From: an uncultured archaeon
Lineage (GTDB): Archaea > Aenigmatarchaeota > Aenigmatarchaeia > CG10238-14 > SCSR01
Direction: 5' to 3'
Assembly: GCA_964570195.1 (NCBI GenBank)
Contig: CAZMWU010000001.1
Span: 7,433-71,432, forward strand
DNA: 64,000 bases
Shown here: positions 50,810-59,260 of the stretch, piece by piece
Numbering within the stretch: the first letter of the stretch is position 1
How the letters are laid out: the number at the start of each line of letters is the position of its first letter
Made by a program: the position numbers and the translations under genes
The notes under the pieces: generated by a model
Database searches by the model: none
Seen by the model: only the letters and a program-made list of their open reading frames with translations
What the model was told of the DNA's origin: nothing

Positions 50810-51469
50810 TTAAGCGTCTCTCTTCAGTCTCTGCACCAAGTCAGTCAATGCTCTGACAGATTCTATCAATGCCGGTAACGTCTCCTTGAAAGCTTTCTCC
50901 AGGCCGCCAATTCTCGTATCGATATCACCAACACCTTCTTTGAAAATCTCTATCTTGCTTAAAATCTGCGTCTGTTCAGCATTCCTCAAATTCATTATTT
51001 CGCTTATCCTGTCGCCAACTTCCTCAATTCTTCTTTCAATCTCCTGGGCCTTGACAGAGAATTCTGTCATCTTCTGGTTTATCTCACCCATTCTCGCCTG
51101 CACAACATAGTCGACATATTCCTCAGTAGGATAATTCTGTTGGCTACCCTGGTAATATTCTTGAGGCAATGAGGTTTCTGGTAGCTGTGGTGTTTGTTGC
51201 TGTTGCTTTGGTATGATTTCCTCCAATGTAGGCAAAGCAGACTCGCTTCTAGGAGGTTCTGTCGGCATTCCTTCTGTCGGGCTGGTTGCAGCGAACTTCA
51301 AAGCTTGCGTCAATCCATTATCAATCTCTTCAGGCGAGTAGCCTTCTTTCCTCAGAACATCAATTACTTCCACTTCAGAAAAACCTCTCCCAGTCAGATC
51401 CCTCACCCTTTCAACGGGTATAGAGCCTTTTCCTTTAGCCAAAGGATTCTTCAAAAAGGGTAAAGCCAT
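50810..51469 (-). CDS. Hypothetical protein: small helical N-domain, P/Q-rich linker, coiled coil
   Basis: LRKEGYSPEEID, PKQQQQTPQLP and heptad-rich C-terminus; start taken at MALPF. Confidence 0.75.
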   Translation of the reverse strand: MALPFLKNPLAKGKGSIPVERVRDLTGRGFSEVEVIDVLRKEGYSPEEIDNGLTQALKFAATSPTEGMPTEPPRSESALPTLEEIIPKQQQQTPQLPETSLPQEYYQGSQQNYPTEEYVDYVVQARMGEINQKMTEFSVKAQEIERRIEEVGDRISEIMNLRNAEQTQILSKIEIFKEGVGDIDTRIGGLEKAFKETLPALIESVRALTDLVQRLKRDA

Positions 51470-51528
51470 TATTCCACTATAATTAATTCCCTTTTTAATT
51501 AATATAATCCCAAGCTTTGTATACAAAC

Positions 51529-51939
51529 ATGAAGACAAGACTGGTAATCGCAATAATTTTGTTTTTTGCTATTGTAGCGTCTTATTACTTGTCGCCGAGG
51601 CTAAGCGGCAATTCAAGTGCAGTTGATGAAAATAGAATTGTGGAAGTGGAAATGGCCATAACACACGGTGGCTATATGCCTAATAATATAACAGTAAACC
51701 TAGGAGATAAGGTCAGAATTTTAGCAATAACAACCGACCCTTCACATAGCCATGGAATAACTATCAATGAATTAAAAATTAATAAAGTAGTTTCGAAAAC
51801 ATCACCCTCTGACCCTGAAATAATAGAATTCATTGCAGGTAAATCGGGAATATTTGAAATCTATTGCAAAAGCTGTTCTGACGGTCCAATTGGTTCCCAT
51901 CCATGGTTGAAAGGTACATTGGAAATTTTATCTGATTAA
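51529..51939 (+). CDS. Secreted/membrane-anchored cupredoxin-domain protein
   Basis: N-terminal TM; PNNITVNLGDKV, HG.TI and YCKSC......H motifs. Confidence 0.75.
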   Translation: MKTRLVIAIILFFAIVASYYLSPRLSGNSSAVDENRIVEVEMAITHGGYMPNNITVNLGDKVRILAITTDPSHSHGITINELKINKVVSKTSPSDPEIIEFIAGKSGIFEIYCKSCSDGPIGSHPWLKGTLEILSD

Positions 51940-52364
51940 GTCTTTTTGTTCTTTGGGGTTCTGTAATCAAACATCTTTTCTACTTCGTCTCTTGTTACAA
52001 ACTTGGCAGTAATAGGATTTATCAAGTCTATGAAAGTCTCTATTTGTTTCAATTCCCTTTTCGTCGCAGTCTTGGACAATTCTTTGCTCAATCTTAAAAT
52101 CTCGCCTTCTATGCTCAAGAGCTTCTCCGACACAGACACAATTTTATTGTTTATTTTTTCGAGCGACAGCTTCAGGTCATTTAATTGGGTTAGCGTATTT
52201 TCTTGCAGGGACTCCAATGAACTTTCCAATCTGTCAATTCTCTGCTCTATAATTCTGATTCTTCTTGTATCTTCGTTTATTCTTTTGACGAGCTCTGTTG
52301 TTACTTTTGTAACATCTTCTTCATGCCTCTCGAAAGGCAATGTTGGTAGGGATGGTAAGGCCAT
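51936..52364 (-). CDS. Coiled-coil protein
   Basis: Long heptad repeat ending in INPI...FVTRDEV. Confidence 0.75.
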   Translation of the reverse strand: MALPSLPTLPFERHEEDVTKVTTELVKRINEDTRRIRIIEQRIDRLESSLESLQENTLTQLNDLKLSLEKINNKIVSVSEKLLSIEGEILRLSKELSKTATKRELKQIETFIDLINPITAKFVTRDEVEKMFDYRTPKNKKT

Positions 52365-52412
52365 TATAAAAGATTTGTTTAACTACGCAAATAAATTAAA
52401 TAGGGTGAATTG

Positions 52413-54650
52413 TTGGCTGTTGAATACGAAGTTGTCGATGGGGCTCTGAGGATAAATTGCATCAACTGGGCGATTGCCCCAAGCATAGAAGATTCCGATG
52501 CGACTATGGCAATTGTGATTGACACGCTGTTGCGAGCAAGGGATGCTGACAGGGTTGTTCTGATAGAAACTCGCGAGAACGAGTATGATGCAGAACAGAC
52601 AAAAATGCTACGCGAGATAGCAGATGCTTACAATCGGATTCTGAATATCGACAAGACAATAAGTCTGCAAAACTTTGGTCCATCACAATGCGAAAAACTT
52701 TTTCCGAAAAGATTAGCAGATTTGCAATTTTTGGTTTTAGAAATCCTGCGAAAGGATCCTATCGGCGCTTATTTGCGGACAGTTAAGATGGTAAACGCAA
52801 ACAAAGTCTTGGAAGGGACTGCTCCGTTAGAACAAAAAATTTGTTTCACACATTATTTGGACAATGCATTAATTCCAATCAAAAATATTCTTGAGGGATG
52901 CACGCTGATTCAGAAGGCTTTGCCTATTTTGCAAAATTACCAGATTGGTAGCAGGGACGTATATCGCGAAATATTTTCACCAACTGTCAGGCCCAACTTC
53001 ATGTTGACAAGATTTATGCTGGCAATTCCAAAGGGGGCGAGGATGGTTGGCAAATATTCTCTTGTTGGTGCTGAAGTCGAGATATACAAACTGCCAACAA
53101 AAGTGCGACATCTGTATCATATAACCCCGAAAGAATTTATTCTAAGTGACGAAAAATACACAATATTGGATTCTGCTAGGAGATATTTGGCTGCGCACAG
53201 ACCAACAGAAGCCGAAGCAGTCGAACCAGAAAAATCAAGGGAACTTTTTAAAAATTTGGGAAGAGATTTGGTAAGAGACGTATCAAGAAGCATGAATGTG
53301 AATTTGACCGCAGCTGAAATAGAGGAACTGGCAATAATATTGTCGAGATATACTGCAGGTTATGGTATTTTAGAGCTTTTACTATCCGACGAAAAAATTC
53401 AGGATATTTTTGTCAACGCTCCCATCGGTACAACTCCTATTTACATAAATCATTCAGATTTCGAAGAATGTGAAACAAATTTAATGCCTACGAGTGAAGA
53501 CGCAGAATCATGGGCAACAAGATTTAGATTGTATTCAGGCAGACCACTTGACGAATCTAACCCAGTTTTGGACACAGAGTTATTGGTTCCTGGTGGAAGG
53601 GCGAGAGTTGCAGCCATAACAAAAAGCCTGTCACCAGAAGGCCTTGCATTTGCATTCAGAAGACATAGAGAAAAACCATGGACTTTCCCCCTGTTCATTA
53701 AAAATAGAATGTTTGATTCTCTTTATGCAGGGTTGATGAGTTTCATTATAGATGGTGGCAGAGCTCTACTTGTTGCGGGTGGAAGAGGATCCGGAAAAAC
53801 TTCTGTTCTGAATGCCCTAATGCTAGAAATAATGCCCAAATTCAGAATCATCACAACCGAGGATACACTTGAAATTGCTGTTCCGGAAATGCGAAAGCTT
53901 GGCTTCAACATTGAAAGGATGAAATCACGTTCTGTAATTACGAAAGTAGAAACAGAGTTGCCGGCAGACGAAGCGTTAAGAACCGCATTGAGATTGGGCG
54001 ATTCCGTTTTGATTATAGGCGAGGTACGTTCTGTAGAGTCACTTGCTTTATTTGAAGCCATGAGAATTGGTGCGATGGCTAATGTAGTTGCAGGTACGAT
54101 ACATGGTGAATCTGCATACGGTGTTTATGACAGGGTTGTTCACGACCTTGGTGTCCCACCGACGAGCTTCAAAGCTTTGGATTTAATCACAATTTGTAAT
54201 CAATTAAAATCTCCAGATGGTTTGCACAAATTCAGGCGTGTAACGGAATTGACCGAAGTCAGGAAACAATGGAAAAATGATCCTTTGGATGAAGGAGGTT
54301 TTGTCAATTTAATGGAGTATTCTGCAAAGGAAGACAAGCTCAAGCCTACTGACACTTTGATTGACGGCGAGTCGCAGGTGTTGAATGAAATCGCTAGAAG
54401 AGTTAGGGAGTGGCGTGGCCAATGGGACGCCGTCTGGGACAACATTCTGTTAAGAACGAAGATAAAGGAGACAATGGTTAATTTTGCAGCCAACTTGGGC
54501 AAGGACAATATTCTTGAGGCAGAACATGTTGTTGAATCAAATGCCATGTTCCATCTTATTTCAGAGCAGGTTCGCCAAGAGGTTGGTGCACTGGATTCGA
54601 AGATGATATACGACAAATGGTTGGAGTGGTTTAAGAAAAGAATTGGTTAA
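52413..54650 (+). CDS. Type II/IV secretion-type (T4P/Tad) assembly ATPase with long N-terminal extension
   Basis: Walker A GGRGSGKT, Asp box TTEDTLE, ALRLGD..IIGEVR and GTIHG; GGTGA SD then TTG. Confidence 0.95.
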   Translation: MAVEYEVVDGALRINCINWAIAPSIEDSDATMAIVIDTLLRARDADRVVLIETRENEYDAEQTKMLREIADAYNRILNIDKTISLQNFGPSQCEKLFPKRLADLQFLVLEILRKDPIGAYLRTVKMVNANKVLEGTAPLEQKICFTHYLDNALIPIKNILEGCTLIQKALPILQNYQIGSRDVYREIFSPTVRPNFMLTRFMLAIPKGARMVGKYSLVGAEVEIYKLPTKVRHLYHITPKEFILSDEKYTILDSARRYLAAHRPTEAEAVEPEKSRELFKNLGRDLVRDVSRSMNVNLTAAEIEELAIILSRYTAGYGILELLLSDEKIQDIFVNAPIGTTPIYINHSDFEECETNLMPTSEDAESWATRFRLYSGRPLDESNPVLDTELLVPGGRARVAAITKSLSPEGLAFAFRRHREKPWTFPLFIKNRMFDSLYAGLMSFIIDGGRALLVAGGRGSGKTSVLNALMLEIMPKFRIITTEDTLEIAVPEMRKLGFNIERMKSRSVITKVETELPADEALRTALRLGDSVLIIGEVRSVESLALFEAMRIGAMANVVAGTIHGESAYGVYDRVVHDLGVPPTSFKALDLITICNQLKSPDGLHKFRRVTELTEVRKQWKNDPLDEGGFVNLMEYSAKEDKLKPTDTLIDGESQVLNEIARRVREWRGQWDAVWDNILLRTKIKETMVNFAANLGKDNILEAEHVVESNAMFHLISEQVRQEVGALDSKMIYDKWLEWFKKRIG

Positions 54651-54668
54651 GGAAATCAAATAATAATT

Positions 54669-55034
54669 ATGATGAAAGGCGTAGCTATACCATATGTGAT
54701 AGCATTAATTCTTGGTGTGGTTGTGATTGGAATCCTAGGCTACTGGTTTGTTTCATATGGTGGCAGTGCGATTGGAACTGGTACACAGGCTGAATGTGAT
54801 GCATCGGATTTTAATTATTGTAAAGGATTTGTAAAAACATGGGACACAAAATGTGGAGAGCCAAATTGTGGTGAAATTAGCCCAGCAAAATGTGGCAACA
54901 CTATAAAAGAAGAAGAGGAACAGTGTGATCCACCTGGTTCTACTGAAATTAAAGATATCAAAGGTGTAGGTAAATGTACCTATAATTGTGGTGACAATTG
55001 TAAAGTTGTTAGTATATCTTGCAAGCCACCATAG
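54669..55034 (+). CDS. Class III signal (pilin-like) protein with 10 Cys
   Basis: KG|VAIPYVIALILG plus hydrophobic helix; CGN.....EQCD repeat-like motif. Confidence 0.8.
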   Translation: MMKGVAIPYVIALILGVVVIGILGYWFVSYGGSAIGTGTQAECDASDFNYCKGFVKTWDTKCGEPNCGEISPAKCGNTIKEEEEQCDPPGSTEIKDIKGVGKCTYNCGDNCKVVSISCKPP

Positions 55035-55065
55035 CGATTATCTTTATAAAAGCTAAATATAAATT

Positions 55066-55344
55066 ATGAAAGCAGTTGCCATACCTTATGTCATCGCACT
55101 TATTCTAGGAATAATGGTTGTTGGCATTCTTGCATACTGGCTTATTAATCAAGCTGGTAAAACAACAGCCCAAGGAGCTAGTGCAGAATGCCAAGGAAAG
55201 ATATTTTCATACTGCTTAGCATGGGATGCCCAAGGGAAGAAGTGTAGCGATGGCCAACCATCTTCTTTTGATTGGGGAAATAAATGTACTAAACCCAGTG
55301 ATTTCAAGATAGATAATTGTAAGTCCCTAGGCATTTGTACTTGA
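55066..55344 (+). CDS. Pilin-like protein with 6 Cys
   Basis: KA|VAIPYVIALILG. Confidence 0.8.
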   Translation: MKAVAIPYVIALILGIMVVGILAYWLINQAGKTTAQGASAECQGKIFSYCLAWDAQGKKCSDGQPSSFDWGNKCTKPSDFKIDNCKSLGICT

Positions 55345-55395
55345 GCATTTGAAGATATTTCATAAATCTTTAGTTATAGAAATCAAATAATAATT

Positions 55396-55707
55396 ATGAG
55401 AAAAGCAGTTGCCATACCTTATGTCATAGCCCTGATTATCGGAGTCGTGGTAGTCGCAGTTCTAGCTTACTGGTTTATTTCTTCTGCAGGTAAAGGTAGC
55501 AGCATCGGGACAGAGGCAGAGTGCACAGCAAGAAAGGTCGAATACTGTACCACACAAGTTACTGACGTTTGGAATAAATTTAAACAAGTCTGCGGCAATG
55601 ACGAATGGTCAAAAGCCGGATCATGCTACAATTTTTGCTCAAGCATAGTTCCGAGTTGGAAATCTACAAATAGTCAAGGTGGATCCTGTGCCCAATCCAC
55701 TCCTTAA
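55396..55707 (+). CDS. Pilin-like protein with 6 Cys
   Basis: RKA|VAIPYVIALIIG. Confidence 0.8.
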   Translation: MRKAVAIPYVIALIIGVVVVAVLAYWFISSAGKGSSIGTEAECTARKVEYCTTQVTDVWNKFKQVCGNDEWSKAGSCYNFCSSIVPSWKSTNSQGGSCAQSTP

Positions 55708-55773
55708 GAATCCTCGGAATGAATTAAAGAAATAAGTATAATCTTAATCTCTCCGCACGCTAAATTCTAACTA

Positions 55774-57738
55774 ATGCCAATAATTTCCCGCGAGTATGAG
55801 AAATTCCTTAGAGAGGAACAGTTAGCCAAGAAACTCACTTTCTACGAAAGATCATGCCGGTTATCAGAAAAAATTCTACCACTGTCACCACCATTTAAAG
55901 GTCTCAAAGAAAAATATAAAGAATCAATTGAATTCTCACACCTCAAGATAACACCAAAAGGTGCATTTTCCCTCTCGCTTATAACAACATTGTTAATTTT
56001 CATCGTTTCTCTAATAGCATTAGTAATATTGAATTCGTTCACTTCCTCTTCACTTATCCTCTCATCTATCCTGTCTTTAATAACATTTTACTTTTTTGTT
56101 GTCTATCCCAATCACCACGCAACTGTATTCAGAATCAATGCATCATCAGAAATGGTACTTGCAACAATCTACATGAGCATCTCAATGCATATATCACCTA
56201 ATTTGGAAAATGCGATTAAATTTGCTTCAAATAATTTGAAGGGGTCACTGTCAGTAGATTTGCGTGAATTATTGTGGGATGTGTACACTAGGAAATATGA
56301 TAAAATTGAGGATGCTTTAGATTCCTTTATTGTAAAATGGAAAAAAGACAATAAAGAGTTCGCAGAGTCGTTGTATCTTATTAAAAATTCCGGTGCAGAA
56401 TCTCAAGAAAAACGAGAAAGATTTTTGGATGAAGCAGTCTCTGTTATGTTAGATGGCACTAAAGAAAGAATGCGATTATACTCGCGCCAGCTAAAAGAAC
56501 CGGTCACAATTTTAAACGCCCTAGGGATTCTCTTGCCTATAATAGGCTTGGTTTTCTTTCCAATAATCAGTCTATTCTTGCCGGAATTAATCCAGCCTAT
56601 TTTTCTTGTAGTGGGTTATGATTTCTTTCTTCCTCTAATAGTCTTCCTTTTCATGAATAGTTATCTGGAAAAAAGACCCTACAGTTTACATCAGCCAGAT
56701 TTGAGTAAACATCCCGATTTTTCTACTGTCAAATTTTATGAAAAACCATATACTATACCACTGTTAGTTTCCTTGCCGTTGATTGCAATAGGCTTGGTTA
56801 ATATAATAGGAAAAAAGGACCTTTTTAGTTTCGGTCTACTTGTATACTCGATGTTAATCACATTAGGTTTGTTTATCGGGATTGCTACTTATTCTGCACT
56901 GTCTGTCAAAAGGAAGCTGAAAATAAGAAAAGAAATTGCAAGCATAGAAAGCGAATTCGCTGAGACATTATTTCAGTTGGGTAGCATGATACTGCGAGGA
57001 ACACCATTAGAAACAGCTTTAAGAAGAGTTAAAGAAGACATTAAGAATCTGAAAATTGCGCAATTCTTCGATAAAATATTATACAATATAGAAACATTTG
57101 GTTTGACATTCGAAAATGCTGTCTTCGACAAGACATACGGCGCAATAAATTATTATCCGTCTAATATAGTCGAATCTGCGATGCATGTAATAGTCGAGAC
57201 TTCAAAAAAAGGAATGCAAAGCGCATCCAAATCAATGATAATCATCTCCAAATACCTGAAAGATATGCATGAGGTAGAAGAAGATTTAAAAAATATGTTG
57301 GAAGAAGTGACATCAACAATGAATATACAGAGTATTCTCCTTGCTCCTTTGAGTGCAGGCGTTGTAGTCACTATTGCTGTTATAATGACGAGGCTTTTAG
57401 TTAATCTGGGGGAGACTTTAACTTCCGTTTATTCAGAGGTAGGTTCGGCTCTAGGCCCTGCTGGTGATATAGGTACAGGAGTCATATCGTCAATAGTCAA
57501 TTTAAGTGCGATCATACCAATTCACGGTTTTCAATTAATTGTTGGCGTATATATTGTTGAGATTGTGACCATTATCGCGATTACACTGAGCACAATTACA
57601 AACGGTGACGAGGGTTTAATGAAAAGGTTGACGATATCAAAACATCTCACTTACAGTTGTATCGTGTATTTCATAACTTTGTTATCCACATACTTTTTAT
57701 TCACCTCGGTTATTTCAATAGAGAAGTTAATAATCTGA
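55774..57738 (+). CDS. Type IV filament membrane platform protein (fused TadB/TadC, ArlJ-like)
   Basis: Two cytoplasmic domains (SPNLENAI; GTPLETAL), each followed by a TM bundle; downstream of the ATPase. Confidence 0.85.
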   Translation: MPIISREYEKFLREEQLAKKLTFYERSCRLSEKILPLSPPFKGLKEKYKESIEFSHLKITPKGAFSLSLITTLLIFIVSLIALVILNSFTSSSLILSSILSLITFYFFVVYPNHHATVFRINASSEMVLATIYMSISMHISPNLENAIKFASNNLKGSLSVDLRELLWDVYTRKYDKIEDALDSFIVKWKKDNKEFAESLYLIKNSGAESQEKRERFLDEAVSVMLDGTKERMRLYSRQLKEPVTILNALGILLPIIGLVFFPIISLFLPELIQPIFLVVGYDFFLPLIVFLFMNSYLEKRPYSLHQPDLSKHPDFSTVKFYEKPYTIPLLVSLPLIAIGLVNIIGKKDLFSFGLLVYSMLITLGLFIGIATYSALSVKRKLKIRKEIASIESEFAETLFQLGSMILRGTPLETALRRVKEDIKNLKIAQFFDKILYNIETFGLTFENAVFDKTYGAINYYPSNIVESAMHVIVETSKKGMQSASKSMIIISKYLKDMHEVEEDLKNMLEEVTSTMNIQSILLAPLSAGVVVTIAVIMTRLLVNLGETLTSVYSEVGSALGPAGDIGTGVISSIVNLSAIIPIHGFQLIVGVYIVEIVTIIAITLSTITNGDEGLMKRLTISKHLTYSCIVYFITLLSTYFLFTSVISIEKLII

Positions 57739-57754
57739 AAATCAAAATTAGATT

Positions 57755-57868
57755 ATGAGGAAAGCTGTTATTTCTGTTTCTTTATGGTTTATTGTCACGC
57801 TGATCATGGTTTTAATTATTATAATGGCGGCTTTTACCATAGTGCAGAAAGGAATGTTGGTTAAATGA
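57755..57868 (+). CDS. 37-aa micro-pilin MRKAVISVSLWFIVTLIMVLIIIMAAFTIVQKGMLVK
   Basis: Translated by hand; RKA| class III signal; ATGA overlap with the next gene. Confidence 0.75.
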   Translation: MRKAVISVSLWFIVTLIMVLIIIMAAFTIVQKGMLVK

Positions 57869-58224
57869 GAAAAGCAATCGGAATGGCATTGCAAATTTTA
57901 ATCGGGGTTATATTCATGATACTTGGTCTGATTGTTGTCTGGTCTTTTACTGAAAAGGTATCCGGATTTTCCCTTGGACTTCTTCTAGGCACAACAGCTA
58001 AAAATGCTTACTGTGGAATAGCAGGTAGTCCTGTCAAAGGAGGTATTTCGGGAGGTGCACTCGGTTTGGCTGTAGGCGGAGGTATATGTGCGGCAGGGGT
58101 GGTAGGTGCTTTCTTTACAGGGGGAATATCTCTCTCTGCTTGTGTCTTAGGTGCTAAAATAGGAGCTGGGATTGCTGTTGGGGCTGGGATAGCGGGTGCC
58201 GCATACTCGGCAACTGCATGCTAG
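57865..58224 (+). CDS. Class III signal protein with glycine-zipper C-terminal domain
   Basis: RKA|IGMALQ plus TM; GGISGGALGLAVGGG...GAKIGAGIAVGAGIAG. Confidence 0.75.
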   Translation: MRKAIGMALQILIGVIFMILGLIVVWSFTEKVSGFSLGLLLGTTAKNAYCGIAGSPVKGGISGGALGLAVGGGICAAGVVGAFFTGGISLSACVLGAKIGAGIAVGAGIAGAAYSATAC

Positions 58225-58264
58225 TAATCAAGTTATTTATCGTCTTTTAACCTAATTACAATCA

Positions 58265-59248
58265 ATGTCCAAAGCCATGGCTATTGAAGGTGTGGGAAAG
58301 ATTTTCATTATGATAGCTGTTCTTGTTGTCGGTATTGCCTTTCTGGTGAAAGCTCTAGGGATTGACCCTTTCGGATGGCTAGAAAAGAAGTTTGAGGGCA
58401 TCGATGTGCCAGAAACAGGCAAGGCCTTGCATGTTAGAATGGATGTGGATGCAAAACTTAAAGATGTATTTTCGTTCCATTTATTATCCGATAACGAAAT
58501 GCGGAAACACCATACAGATGAAGAGGGTAGTAGCTCTTATTATAGCCTATATTTTCAAATCGAATCAGATAAAGTAAAAAATCCGCTTGTCCTTGGAAAT
58601 TGTGTATTGTTAGTAACCGAGGAAGAAAAATCATCTTTTGGTATTGCTGGTGGAGCCGACAAATCTTATGTCTACTACATCAAATCCGGCACAATGATTC
58701 AAGATGATGACAAGCCCTGCCAATTTTTGGGACAATGCCTCTCTGACAAAAACTGGGATTATAAAAAATTAGTCGACAAGGGATATGGCTGTATTTCTGA
58801 TCAGGTGAGAGACGAAAATCCCAGTTGCGATAAATGTAAAAAAGCTGCAGCTCCATCTTACGATTGTATAGGTCCCTTTAGTGTTGTTAACTGTGCCGGT
58901 CAGGTTCTTCCAGGTCCCTTTGGTGATTGGCAAAAGAGTCCACCATGTGACAGCGATCACACGGTGATAAAAAATTTCGAATTCTCTGACGATATATTAA
59001 TATCCGATAGATGTGCAGAAGATGATCCAAGTGAATGCAATTTGCTAAATTATAGAGAAGTCGAAGGAAAAAGCATATTTGAAAGTAAAAGATTTATTGG
59101 CAGCAAAGTTAAATATGGCATCATCTGTGGCAATGACGGGTACTGGCATACCTGTAAACAAAACATCGAAGGAGAAGTTCCAACCCCAGATGGCACATAT
59201 ACATGTGACAGCAAGTTAGGTGGTGCAGTTTTCTATTGGAAAAAATAA
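58265..59248 (+). CDS. Class III signal Cys-rich surface protein (14 Cys)
   Basis: KA|MAIEG plus hydrophobic helix. Confidence 0.72.
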   Translation: MSKAMAIEGVGKIFIMIAVLVVGIAFLVKALGIDPFGWLEKKFEGIDVPETGKALHVRMDVDAKLKDVFSFHLLSDNEMRKHHTDEEGSSSYYSLYFQIESDKVKNPLVLGNCVLLVTEEEKSSFGIAGGADKSYVYYIKSGTMIQDDDKPCQFLGQCLSDKNWDYKKLVDKGYGCISDQVRDENPSCDKCKKAAAPSYDCIGPFSVVNCAGQVLPGPFGDWQKSPPCDSDHTVIKNFEFSDDILISDRCAEDDPSECNLLNYREVEGKSIFESKRFIGSKVKYGIICGNDGYWHTCKQNIEGEVPTPDGTYTCDSKLGGAVFYWKK

Positions 59249-59260
59249 TCTGTGAAATAA

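Larger units (their letters stand above)
54652..55427 (+). repeat. Dispersed direct repeats at pilin 5' ends
   Basis: 21-bp gaaatcaaataataattatga at 54652-54672 and 55379-55399; 26-bp aaagcagttgccataccttatgtcat at 55069-55094 and 55402-55427. Confidence 0.85.

Noticed and set aside
49149..54616. Antisense ORFs such as 49149-49592, 52003-52449 and 54200-54616 (and similar ones throughout the window)
   Set aside because: They overlap well-supported genes on the opposite strand and carry no motifs; shadow ORFs
54652..55427. CRISPR array or DGR template/variable repeats
   Set aside because: Repeats are only pairs at gene starts; no regular spacers, no reverse transcriptase, no adenine-specific mismatch pattern
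52413..57738. Archaellum operon
   Set aside because: No archaellin N-terminal consensus and no ArlH/F/G in the window
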